Shown one piece after another: positions 8,870 through 17,009 of a stretch of DNA of 57,265 nucleotides. Position 1 is the first letter of the stretch. Each line of letters starts with the position of its first letter. Position numbers and translations under genes: made by a program. The notes beneath the pieces are model-generated. The model did no database searches. It was not told the DNA's origin and was given only the letters and a program-made list of their open reading frames with translations. Origin of the DNA: a virus (taxonomy: Duplodnaviria; Caudoviricetes); the IMG/VR virus record IMGVR_UViG_3300015189_000005, positions 1 to 57,265 of that record; one strand, written 5' to 3'.

Positions 8870-10161
8870 TGGCACTGCCGAAAGCAGAGATCACCGCCGA
8901 GTGCCGCATCAGCAAGGCGCGCATCAAGCTCCTGATGCAGCAGCCGTTCTTCGGCACGCTCGCGCTCCGGCTCCGGATGATCGAGGCTGACCCGCGCATC
9001 ATTCCGACCATGGCGACGGACGGAAATCATATTTTCTACTCATCGAAATTCGTGGACAGCATCACCGATGCGCAGTTGCGCGGCGTAGTCGCCCACGAAG
9101 TCATGCACCCGGCGCTTCAGCACCTTTCCCGCATCCGGAGCCGGAACCTGCCGATCTGGAATATGGCTTGCGACTACGCCATCAACCCGATCCTGATCGG
9201 AGCCGGTCTGGAGCTTCCGCAGGGAGCGCTGATCGACAGCGACCGGTTCCCGCCGGAGATGTCGGCGGATGAGATCTACCAGATTCTGTACGCCGAGGCC
9301 CGCCAGCAAGCCCAGAATGCTCCCGGTATGGCCGGGGATGGTGATGGATCGTCAGAGTCCGGGGAAACGGCTGGTGAGTCTCAGGATGCGAGCGGGAGCG
9401 GTCAGGCGAAGCCCGGATCATCCGCCGTTGAGACTCCGGGCGGGTTTGGTCAGATGCTGGATCCGACCTCAGTCGATCCGTCTACTGGCCAGGTCAAAGC
9501 GGCCAGTCCCGCGGATCTCGCGGCAGCAGCAGATGAGTGGCGGATTGCTGCCGAACAGGCCGCGCGGGTGGCGAAGAACAGGGGCCGACTCCCGGCGAAC
9601 CTCGAACGCCTCGTGCATGAGGCGAAACAGGAGCAAATCGACTGGCGTGAGCAGCTCCGCCGGTTCGTCTCCACCGTCACCCCGAATGACTACTCCTGGA
9701 GTCGCCCGAACCGGCGCCACATCGCCGCCGGGCTCTACCTCCCCGGAATGGTCAAGGACGGTATCGGCGAGATCGTCGTCGCGGTCGACACCTCCGGCAG
9801 CATCGGAAACCACGAACTGAGCGCGTTCTCTGCGGAGATTGCTGCCATCTGCCGGGAGTGCAATCCCGAGCGCGTGTACGTGGTCTACTGTGATGCCGCG
9901 GTGGCCTGCGTTGAGGAGTTCGCCGCCGGAGATGATGTCCGCCTCACTCCGCACGGCGGAGGCGGTACCGACTTTCGGCCGCCCTTCGCGTGGGTGGAAC
10001 AGCAGGGCATTGACCCGCAGTGCCTGATCTACCTCACCGATCTCTGCTGCGACAGCTACCCGAAGGAGCCGCACTATCCCGCGATGTGGGTTTCGACCTA
10101 TGCCCGCATGGCGGCTCCGTGGGGTGAGACTCTCTACCTCCGACCGGAGTTATGCCGATGA
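8869..10161 (+). CDS. Metallopeptidase-like (HExxH) plus VWA domain protein (DUF2201-like)
   Basis: TMATDG, AHEVMH, WNMACDYAIN; MIDAS DTSGS, GGGGTDF and IYLTD. Confidence 0.9.
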   Translation: MALPKAEITAECRISKARIKLLMQQPFFGTLALRLRMIEADPRIIPTMATDGNHIFYSSKFVDSITDAQLRGVVAHEVMHPALQHLSRIRSRNLPIWNMACDYAINPILIGAGLELPQGALIDSDRFPPEMSADEIYQILYAEARQQAQNAPGMAGDGDGSSESGETAGESQDASGSGQAKPGSSAVETPGGFGQMLDPTSVDPSTGQVKAASPADLAAAADEWRIAAEQAARVAKNRGRLPANLERLVHEAKQEQIDWREQLRRFVSTVTPNDYSWSRPNRRHIAAGLYLPGMVKDGIGEIVVAVDTSGSIGNHELSAFSAEIAAICRECNPERVYVVYCDAAVACVEEFAAGDDVRLTPHGGGGTDFRPPFAWVEQQGIDPQCLIYLTDLCCDSYPKEPHYPAMWVSTYARMAAPWGETLYLRPELCR

Positions 10162-10388
10162 ATAACTCTGACCAGCGCAAGACCGATTTCGTCCTGGCTT
10201 GCCTCCTGGGTATCGCTCCGGGATCTGCTGTCGTCATCGCCGGTGGCACACTGCTCGCCGGGCGCACGGGCCGGGTAGTAAGAGTTTGCAGCAGGAGGCT
10301 CCTGATTAAGGTGAGGGTAAAGAGCATGGGAGGACGCTGGCTTCCGCCGAACAGGCTGATTCCCGCAGGTGGTGGTGCAGCATGCTGA
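10158..10388 (+). CDS. Small hypothetical protein (KOW/SH3-like)
   Basis: ATGA overlap; PGSAVVI..G.LAGRTGRVVRV pattern. Confidence 0.5.
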   Translation: MNNSDQRKTDFVLACLLGIAPGSAVVIAGGTLLAGRTGRVVRVCSRRLLIKVRVKSMGGRWLPPNRLIPAGGGAAC

Positions 10389-10582
10389 TTCTCTCAGCCT
10401 GCGGTTACCTCATCGTCGGGTTCGTGGTGGCACTGATAGCACTCCCCGTCTTCAGCGATGGCAGGGGCTTCGCGAACCTGCTGACCACAACTATGGTTGT
10501 CGCGCTGGTATGGCCCTTGGTTGTATCAGGGGCCGTCCGGCGGCTTCTTCAGCATTATCGAAACAAAGGAAAACGATCATGA
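10382..10582 (+). CDS. Small two-TM membrane protein
   Basis: Two hydrophobic stretches and a basic C-terminus; coupled to its neighbours. Confidence 0.6.
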   Translation: MLILSACGYLIVGFVVALIALPVFSDGRGFANLLTTTMVVALVWPLVVSGAVRRLLQHYRNKGKRS

Positions 10583-11196
10583 GCAAATTCACGCCGGAAC
10601 AGACGCGGAGCATCGTCGAGGACACCATTGGGTACCTCACCCGTAAGGCTGAGTCCATGGCCACGCAGCGATACAAGACTGAACACTTGTGGGTCAAGAT
10701 CATCGCACTGAAGCGGATGGTGTCGCTGATCGGAGAGAATTCTGCAGCGAAGATTCAGGAAATTCAGGATGCATCGAAAGCCGAGGGTGAAGCCCGTGAA
10801 GTCAGGTGGAAGGGAATCGAAGCCCGGTGGAAAGAGAAACGGGCGAATTACATCCTGTGCATTCGTGAGAAGGAGTCTCGCATCATCCAGCTTTACGATG
10901 CAATGAATGCTGCTGGCGTAGAAATTCCGTCCGGTACTTACCGCACTCAAGACATCCAGGCGGCCATAGCGCCTGAGCTTGTTGCGCTGGCCATGCTGGA
11001 TGCCGTATTGGCAGGCGCGCGCAAGGATGGCCTCGTCTTCGCTATCGGCGATTGCTGGATTCAGCCGGCCGCGGATTCCGATATCTGGCACGCGGTGAAT
11101 CAGGTCACCGGCGAGAAGACTTCGCACACTGACGGGCTCGCCGCCATCCATGCGGCAATGAACACGAACGCAACGGAGGTAGACCCCGGTGAATGA
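10579..11196 (+). CDS. Hypothetical coiled-coil protein carrying an internal copy of the operon helix motif (APELVALAM)
   Basis: AAGGA SD, ATGA overlap. Confidence 0.7.
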   Translation: MSKFTPEQTRSIVEDTIGYLTRKAESMATQRYKTEHLWVKIIALKRMVSLIGENSAAKIQEIQDASKAEGEAREVRWKGIEARWKEKRANYILCIREKESRIIQLYDAMNAAGVEIPSGTYRTQDIQAAIAPELVALAMLDAVLAGARKDGLVFAIGDCWIQPAADSDIWHAVNQVTGEKTSHTDGLAAIHAAMNTNATEVDPGE

Positions 11197-11440
11197 CGAC
11201 GAACGGTTCCTGCGAGACCTCAGGATCCGCCCTGAGCCAATCAGGGGCATCAACCCGCGCGAATGGATGGAGGTCCTGACCAGATCAGAGCCGGACGGAT
11301 TTCGCCGGAAGTGGGTCCCCCTTGGCGAGTACCAGAAGCTCACGAAGAACCGGGACCACTGGTGCGTACTGTTCTGGACGACGGCCGTAGCGTGGTTCCT
11401 TTTCGTAGCAATTGAATTGTTCCTCCGCTATTGGAGATAA
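11189..11440 (+). CDS. Small protein with C-terminal TM helix
   Basis: GGAGG SD; WCVLFWTTAVAWFLFVAIELFL. Confidence 0.65.
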   Translation: MNDDERFLRDLRIRPEPIRGINPREWMEVLTRSEPDGFRRKWVPLGEYQKLTKNRDHWCVLFWTTAVAWFLFVAIELFLRYWR

Positions 11441-11444
11441 ACGC

Positions 11445-12227
11445 ATGGAAATTGCACAGGCAGCTCCGGGCGTTGCATGCGTTGATCCGCTGCTGTTCCC
11501 GTTCGATGAGTGGGAAATTCAGATCGCCCCGGTGATGCAGAAGCTGCGTAATATGGGAGTGAGTTACCTGTCCAGGCAGTGCGGTGATCACCGAATTGAG
11601 TATCAGGGGCCGCCTGCCAGCCACTACCAAGCCGTTGCGAAATGGTGGCGGGCATGGCTGGTGATGGCCAGAAAAAGGCGTGACATGGGCCGCATGATGG
11701 TATCAGATCGCGTGATGGCCGGGGCTGAGATCACCACAGCGCTCCCGCTGTTCTGGGGGCTCCCGCGCTGGTTCGACCGGCCTCAGGATGCCGAACGGTA
11801 TCTGGCCAGACTTGAAGCCCGCGCGCGGATGATTCTGGCGCCATGGGGAGACGGCCTCGATATCTCGCCACGTACACTCGGCGAGCAGTTCCTCCGGGAC
11901 CCGCGACGCCGCATCCACAAAGCAGGACGCGCAGTGGCCAGGGCAACCCTTGCGCGAGCACTGGGTCGAGCAGCAGCAGGTAACCCAGCATGGCCGGGGC
12001 ATGATGTGTTCCTTCGAAGCCGGGGGCTCTCGCGGTACTTCCACGAGGTCGTCCCGTACGGCTGGCAGATCCATCAGGCATTCGTTGCAGCCTGGATTCA
12101 TGAGGATCGGGTCCGTCTGAGGTCGGGATTCACTGTCAAGGATGTGCTGGAAAGTGACGTGTATGCGCTCGGCGTTGCGGGCCTTGTCGCACGGGAGATG
12201 CTCGATGACAACGACTACCCATTCTGA
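11445..12227 (+). CDS. Hypothetical protein with C-terminal helix motif (VAGLVAREM)
   Basis: GGAG SD before ATG 11445; long ORF that fits the operon tiling. Confidence 0.7.
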   Translation: MEIAQAAPGVACVDPLLFPFDEWEIQIAPVMQKLRNMGVSYLSRQCGDHRIEYQGPPASHYQAVAKWWRAWLVMARKRRDMGRMMVSDRVMAGAEITTALPLFWGLPRWFDRPQDAERYLARLEARARMILAPWGDGLDISPRTLGEQFLRDPRRRIHKAGRAVARATLARALGRAAAGNPAWPGHDVFLRSRGLSRYFHEVVPYGWQIHQAFVAAWIHEDRVRLRSGFTVKDVLESDVYALGVAGLVAREMLDDNDYPF

Positions 12228-12639
12228 CCCTCACGACGGACTGCGGGTCAGCGGGCTCCGGTTCGAGGTAACCGGGAATGCTGATGTGCAGACCTTTCAT
12301 ACCTCACGTGGCCAGGTTCACCGAGCTGGAAAAGTCATCCGGTGGTGCCTGGTTGCAGTCTCGGAGGAATCGGGTAGAGTAATACTGGCCGACAAGTTTG
12401 TCGGCAGCCGTGATCTGCCGAATTGCCCGGTATGGATGCAGGTTGCTGGACTGACGCTTGAACGGGTCAGGCGCGAGAGATTCGACGAGGCTGGCTGCAT
12501 GCCGTTTTCATTGATGTCCCATGTTGTGTCGGAGGTCAGCCGTTTCCTGGGTGGTTACGGCCTGATTGAAGTTCGGGCGCTGAGTAATGAGGAGATCTCG
12601 CCTGCTTTCGCGGAATACGTCGGGAGCCTGATGCGATGA
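12205..12639 (+). CDS. Hypothetical protein with C-terminal helix motif (FAEYVGSLM)
   Basis: GGGAG SD; ATGA overlap with the next gene. Confidence 0.65.
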   Translation: MTTTTHSDPHDGLRVSGLRFEVTGNADVQTFHTSRGQVHRAGKVIRWCLVAVSEESGRVILADKFVGSRDLPNCPVWMQVAGLTLERVRRERFDEAGCMPFSLMSHVVSEVSRFLGGYGLIEVRALSNEEISPAFAEYVGSLMR

Positions 12640-12923
12640 CGGACGAAGAGAAGTTCTTCGCGGTGAACTACATGGAGCGAGAAATTGAGCGAATCCAGAC
12701 CGGGGGCGATCAGTACTGGGTTCGAGGTATTCGTCCGCAAACGAAATGGCATTACTGCGATTTCGATTTCTCTCGTCTGATGATGGTGTGCGGCGGGATG
12801 GTTGTCAACGGGGCGTTGTGTCTGGCCAGCACGGAATACGGATATCCGCCAGCACCATCCGCGTGCTGTGAGAAGTGCATCGTTGAACTGACGGCAATGA
12901 TCCTGAAGGGAGAGATCCAGTGA
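12636..12923 (+). CDS. Zn-finger microprotein 1 (WH..C..CEKC plus helix tag)
   Basis: TKWHY...VCG...CCEKCIVELTAMIL. Confidence 0.75.
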   Translation: MTDEEKFFAVNYMEREIERIQTGGDQYWVRGIRPQTKWHYCDFDFSRLMMVCGGMVVNGALCLASTEYGYPPAPSACCEKCIVELTAMILKGEIQ

Positions 12924-13225
12924 CCCCGGAAAGTACCCGAACCCCGGAAGAACGACAGTACAACACGGCGCATTATTCCAACCGGACCAAAACGTATCTG
13001 AAGATCGGGCAGGGAGAATACCTTATGCGGGGTGAAGCTCCCAGAACGCGATGGCATTACCTGTACTCCGGGGATGCAGTCTGCGGGATCAATCTCGGGA
13101 ATCCAGCCAGATTCACTGAGATCGATCTGGACGGAAACACCTGCTTCGATCCTGTTGAATGCTGCCCCGTATGCCTGGTGGCCGTCACCGTAAGACTGTT
13201 TCTCGGAGAGGCCAGAAAGCCATGA
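12920..13225 (+). CDS. Zn-finger microprotein 2
   Basis: TRWHY...VCG...CCPVCLVAVTVRLF. Confidence 0.75.
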   Translation: MTPESTRTPEERQYNTAHYSNRTKTYLKIGQGEYLMRGEAPRTRWHYLYSGDAVCGINLGNPARFTEIDLDGNTCFDPVECCPVCLVAVTVRLFLGEARKP

Positions 13226-13452
13226 CAATCACCATTACCGTCACCGTCGAGCGCGACCTGTCGAAACTCCCGGCGTTCAAATACCGGGCGAAGCTCAGGC
13301 GCGGGCAGATCAGCTTCGCGGGCAGTCTGTTCGGCTCCGTATCCCGGGCGAAGGCCGACGTTGAGGCCCTGCTGGACAGGCCGTTGAGATGGACTGATGC
13401 GAAGCCGGAAGACGCTACTCCCGTGCGTGCCACGGCGGAAATCGAGGTGTGA
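13222..13452 (+). CDS. Small hypothetical protein (no Zn motif)
   Basis: GAGG SD; ATGA overlap. Confidence 0.6.
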   Translation: MTITITVTVERDLSKLPAFKYRAKLRRGQISFAGSLFGSVSRAKADVEALLDRPLRWTDAKPEDATPVRATAEIEV

Positions 13453-13489
13453 TTTGGGGTTGCCATCGGAGATTAGCGCCTTCAATATC

Positions 13490-13732
13490 ATGGGAGAAAT
13501 CCACCTAAACGAAAACATCTGGTCTGGCCAATCATGGGCAGGTGGATGGATGTGTGGATGCGAAATAAAACGGTCCGTTCACACTCATTCTCTCGGCGTA
13601 ATTTACGAGCACAGGATGTGGCCTGGGAAATGGCTGACCCTTGACCAGGCGAAGCAAGCCGCCGGGGTGGAGAAGGTCTGCGAGGCGTGCGTTGCGGCCT
13701 TCGTGGCGAAGATCATGAGGGACGATGTTTAG
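13490..13732 (+). CDS. Zn-finger microprotein 3 (start uncertain)
   Basis: EIHL...MCG...VCEACVAAFVAKIM. Confidence 0.7.
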   Translation: MGEIHLNENIWSGQSWAGGWMCGCEIKRSVHTHSLGVIYEHRMWPGKWLTLDQAKQAAGVEKVCEACVAAFVAKIMRDDV

Positions 13733-13998
13733 CGTAAAAACCTATGAAGTCCTCGCGGTCTGTGTGCGGTCGGAAGTTCACTTTGTTTCCCGGCCCGGCG
13801 GATTCATGTGCTCTAACAATGTGTCTCCGGGATTCCAGCACAGTTCATCGCTGGTATGGGTGGGGAGAGCCGATAAGCGCGGGCAGCAGGCGTGCTTCAC
13901 GCTTGATGAGGCTCTTGAGCGTGCCGGGGTCCGATCACAGCGGAATCTGCGAGCAGTGCCTGGTTGAGTACACAGCCTTCCTGATGAGGTGCTCCTGA
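13725..13998 (+). pseudogene. Zn-finger microprotein 4, frameshifted at GGGG 13926-13929
   Basis: EVHF...MCS...TLDEALERAG in one frame continues as SDHSGICEQCLVEYTAFLM in the +1 frame. Confidence 0.7.
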
Positions 13999-14282
13999 TG
14001 GTGTTCCGAGCTTTCAAAGCTGATGATCAGGTTCACTTTCGCGTCGCAGCTGGGTTGACCACCGAAAGCCAGCCATGTTGCCCTGCCATGGATAACTACG
14101 CCCACGGAAAGTGCACCCGGATCTTCCTCGGAATCGTGCTTCAGGACGATCAGTGTGGGCTGACGGCACGGAAAATAACCATTGAACAACTGAGAGAGAA
14201 GATTGCGCCTGTCTGCGAGCAATGCACAGCCGCGCTGACGGCATATCTGATGACCGGGGAGGCCCCTGATGCCAGTAAATGA
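13998..14282 (+). CDS. Zn-finger microprotein 5
   Basis: GAGG SD, TGATG coupling; QVHF...PCC...VCEQCTAALTAYLM. Confidence 0.75.
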   Translation: MVFRAFKADDQVHFRVAAGLTTESQPCCPAMDNYAHGKCTRIFLGIVLQDDQCGLTARKITIEQLREKIAPVCEQCTAALTAYLMTGEAPDASK

Positions 14283-14715
14283 CCTGACAGGCCGCCGCTT
14301 CGTCCGCCTCACGGTGAAGACCCTTGCGGGTATCCGCAACAGCCTTGCGTACTGGAATTGCGAGTGTGATTGCGGGAAATCAATCGAAGTCTGCGGTAAG
14401 TATCTGACACGCGGAAGCACTGTGAGCTGCGGCTGCTACCGATCCGATCCGGAAGTCCGCCGCGCCGCCCGGCTGCAGATGGAACCCGAGGATCGTGTCC
14501 GGGCCGCGAGAGGCGAACACGTGACGCCGGAGAAACCACCGGTGATTCCGCGGACTCCTGTCACCAGGGTGAAGAAGATCCTCCCGCTGAAGCCAGTGAA
14601 GAAGGTTGAACCCGTCGCGCCGCCTGCACCTCAGCCAGCTCCAGCCTCGCTACGGACGGCCGATCTGCCACGGGTCACTTCACGGACCAGACAGAAGCCC
14701 GGAATTCTGCGATGA
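14269..14715 (+). CDS. Protein with homing-endonuclease-associated N-terminal Cys domain but no nuclease domain
   Basis: DLTGRRFVRLTV...WNCECDCG...LTRGSTVSCGC, followed by a Pro/Lys-rich tail. Confidence 0.75.
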   Translation: MPVNDLTGRRFVRLTVKTLAGIRNSLAYWNCECDCGKSIEVCGKYLTRGSTVSCGCYRSDPEVRRAARLQMEPEDRVRAARGEHVTPEKPPVIPRTPVTRVKKILPLKPVKKVEPVAPPAPQPAPASLRTADLPRVTSRTRQKPGILR

Positions 14716-14842
14716 TTTCACGGGTGTCGTAACCGATAAAGACAGTACTCTCTGGTGGGCAGAGGAAACGTTCTCTCTCATCTGGCATGAGCCGCGATGC
14801 CCCCGATGCCTGGCCGCTTTCGTCGCGAAGGTGATGGCGTGA
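14606..14842 (+). CDS. Zn-finger microprotein 6 (overlaps previous gene, start uncertain)
   Basis: RLHL...PIC...PRCPRCLAAFVAKVM. Confidence 0.6.
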   Translation: MNPSRRLHLSQLQPRYGRPICHGSLHGPDRSPEFCDDFTGVVTDKDSTLWWAEETFSLIWHEPRCPRCLAAFVAKVMA

Positions 14843-14867
14843 AGCTGATCTTCGGGGATACCCAGAG

Positions 14868-15161
14868 ATGACGATTTCTAAGATTGAAATCGACGGCGTT
14901 GAATTCGAGTGGATCGGAAAATGGGCGTCGAGTTATTCAGGCAGCCGGATCTATCACCTGGTGGGATCGGGCCCGGCATACACCATGGATGGTGAAACAA
15001 TCGGCCGCGAGTTAGAGGAGAAATCTGTCTGCGGTGAAGACGTCAGTGCCTGCCGGCCCGCCCCGCACTACTTCCGGCCGCAGCCTCGCCAGACGTGCCC
15101 GGAATGCGCGGCGAAGCTGATGGCGGCGATGATGACCGGCGAGGAGGTAGCGAAGCCATGA
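14868..15161 (+). CDS. Zn-finger microprotein 7
   Basis: IYHL...SVCG...TCPECAAKLMAAMM. Confidence 0.78.
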   Translation: MTISKIEIDGVEFEWIGKWASSYSGSRIYHLVGSGPAYTMDGETIGRELEEKSVCGEDVSACRPAPHYFRPQPRQTCPECAAKLMAAMMTGEEVAKP

Positions 15162-15448
15162 AGCTGCGCCTATTATGCAATCAGGAGTCAGATCCGAATA
15201 CCGTGCAGTGGGTTGCGCCTGTTGATGCTGGCGGGAGGTGGCACGTTGTCGCCTGGGCAAGCCATTTCGGCGATCAGTTTGCCGAGGCAAACGTCACGAC
15301 GTTGTGCGTCCGCAGGTTCAGTATTCCGCTGAGCCACACCGTACTGGAGGCTCCTCCAGCCGAGACAGAAAATGCCTGCGTTTACTGCTGTGTTCGCGCG
15401 GTGACTTTAGCGATAAATGGCGCGGGTTTACAGGACACTGCTCCGTGA
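15158..15448 (+). CDS. Zn-finger microprotein 8
   Basis: GGAGG SD; RWHV...TLC...ACVYCCVRAVTLAI. Confidence 0.75.
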   Translation: MKLRLLCNQESDPNTVQWVAPVDAGGRWHVVAWASHFGDQFAEANVTTLCVRRFSIPLSHTVLEAPPAETENACVYCCVRAVTLAINGAGLQDTAP

Positions 15449-15657
15449 CGACGGGTCGGACGGACGATGATCCGCTGTTGTTCATCAAGGCCCGTGGCGT
15501 CTGGCACATTCACCGGATGGCAGGTTACTACCACTGCTGGGGGCAGGTTTCCGAAACAGACATTGACAACAAAGCGATCCTACACGAGCCGTCCGATAAC
15601 GGCCCGCGTTGCGAGAAGTGCCATGTGAATTTCGTTGTAGCGAAGATTGGCAAGTAA
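15445..15657 (+). CDS. Zn-finger microprotein 9
   Basis: GTGA overlap; VWHIH...HCW...RCEKCHVNFVVAKI. Confidence 0.75.
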   Translation: MTTGRTDDDPLLFIKARGVWHIHRMAGYYHCWGQVSETDIDNKAILHEPSDNGPRCEKCHVNFVVAKIGK

Positions 15658-15670
15658 GGCAGGAATTGAA

Positions 15671-15922
15671 ATGGAACTGCACAGAGACGACTCAGCTACC
15701 TCAGAGTGGCTGGACAGCCTCACCCGCCCGGCAGAAATGCAATTTCTGAATGATCGAGAAGCGGAGATTTCGCACATTCGCGATCAGGATTATTCCTCCG
15801 ATTTTGCACTGTGCGCATTGTTGCGGTTGATAAGGTGGCCCGAGAAATCACTGGAGCCGAGGTACGCAATCTGCCCGAACTGCGCGAAAGATGCCGTCCT
15901 CCGGGCCATGGGAGCGACATGA
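15671..15922 (+). CDS. Zn-finger microprotein 10
   Basis: AGGA SD; ISHIR...FALC...ICPNCAKDAVLRAM. Confidence 0.78.
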   Translation: MELHRDDSATSEWLDSLTRPAEMQFLNDREAEISHIRDQDYSSDFALCALLRLIRWPEKSLEPRYAICPNCAKDAVLRAMGAT

Positions 15923-16173
15923 GCCAGGTCTACACCCTGCCACCTCCCGAGAGCCCATGGGTGAAGCTCGCCGGCCAGTGGCACATCCACCACGGTACCG
16001 GCGTGATGATCTGCTGGATCGCGAATCCCGGCGCGGGGACAAGGCTGGATATGACTTCGTTCTGCGATCTTGTTCTCTTGGGACATGCTCTGGTGGACTG
16101 CCCACCGGAAGATGAACCGAAGTGCGAGCAGTGTTGCGTGATCGAAGCCGCGAGGATTGCATGGGACTACTAG
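15919..16173 (+). CDS. Zn-finger microprotein 11 (paralog of 9)
   Basis: GGGAG SD; QWHIH...ICW...KCEQCCVIEAARIA. Confidence 0.75.
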   Translation: MSQVYTLPPPESPWVKLAGQWHIHHGTGVMICWIANPGAGTRLDMTSFCDLVLLGHALVDCPPEDEPKCEQCCVIEAARIAWDY

Positions 16174-16394
16174 CCACGCCGGAACCGGAACTGCAATTCC
16201 TGACTGAACCGGGCGCGGAGGTTTCGCATATACGATGTGAACGATATTCATGGATGGAATCACAATTCGCGCTGTGTACGCCAAGACTGATGTCGGCCAT
16301 GCAGAGGACGCCGGAACCGTTGCGACCGATCTGTCCGGCATGCGCGCGAGAGGCTGTTCTGGATGCGATGGGAATCTACAGGCCATTGGTGTGA
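16161..16394 (+). CDS. Zn-finger microprotein 12 (paralog of 10)
   Basis: GAGGA SD; VSHIR...FALC...ICPACAREAVLDAM. Confidence 0.78.
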   Translation: MGLLATPEPELQFLTEPGAEVSHIRCERYSWMESQFALCTPRLMSAMQRTPEPLRPICPACAREAVLDAMGIYRPLV

Positions 16395-16614
16395 CGACGG
16401 ATTCGGGCGGATATATCTCTTCGACTTCGGGCGAAAACTCCGTCACATCCCGGACCCCAGCCCGTTGATTTCGCCACGGATTACATGCTGCGGAGCATAC
16501 CTCCACGATGCTATTGGTGTCGTCCGGTATCCAGGCCTCTTTCCGCTCTGCGAGCAGTGCGCGGTCGCCTTCGTGCTCCGGCAGATGGACGTCCGTCCGG
16601 CGGGTTCCAGTTAA
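16363..16614 (+). CDS. Zn-finger microprotein 13 (start uncertain)
   Basis: LRHI...TCCG...LCEQCAVAFVLRQM. Confidence 0.7.
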   Translation: MRWESTGHWCDDGFGRIYLFDFGRKLRHIPDPSPLISPRITCCGAYLHDAIGVVRYPGLFPLCEQCAVAFVLRQMDVRPAGSS

Positions 16615-16942
16615 AGTCCCGGTGAAAGTCAGGCTCTCTGCCGACATCCGGTCCGCCTCCATCCCGCCACCCCATCGCGTGCCAGTTCCGGTACCGGAGC
16701 CTCGCTGAACATCAAGCAGGCTGCGCATTTCAGAGAATCGGCCTCTCATCATACCCGCCGAAAACATCCCGCATCCCGCCACAGATTTCCCCCAGTGTGG
16801 CACCGCAGCGAAGTGCATTCAGTATGCACCCTCACTGGCATCGAGTGCAAAACTCTGGCAAATCCCAGTCATCTGCAAATCTGCACGAATGGATATCAGC
16901 CATTTGGGTGAAGGTCCGGTGAAAGTCTGGTGATGGTCAGGC
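16608..16942. repeat. Candidate attP: two clusters of 11-bp direct repeats (NGGTGAAAGTC) around a non-coding core
   Basis: Left cluster CAGTTAAAGTC (16608) and CGGTGAAAGTC (16620). Right cluster GGGTGAAGGTC (16906), CGGTGAAAGTC (16917) and TGGTGATGGTC (16928). Both clusters are followed by AGGC. Inverted repeat GCCACA-N12-TGTGGC at 16778-16801. The repeats are seen; the attP role is inferred. Confidence 0.55.
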
Positions 16943-16974
16943 CGTCGGGTTCTGCCGGTGCTGAAACAGAACAC

Positions 16975-17004
16975 TTGCAGAATGTTGCATAGACGTGGTA
17001 TCGT
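16975..17004 (+). promoter_or_regulatory. Putative promoter with operator-like TGCAGAATGTTGCA (16976-16989)
   Basis: TTGCAG-18 nt-TATCGT with an extended TG; same layout as the 6258 promoter. Confidence 0.5.
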
Positions 17005-17009
17005 CCTGA

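Noticed and set aside
12636-16614. Diversity-generating retroelement, integron or shufflon as the source of the array
   Set aside because: No reverse transcriptase, no TR/VR pair with adenine-specific differences, and no attC or inversion sites; the genes overlap directly.
15790-16818. 342-aa minus-strand ORF
   Set aside because: Antisense shadow of four coupled, motif-bearing plus-strand genes and the repeat region; no recognisable motifs.
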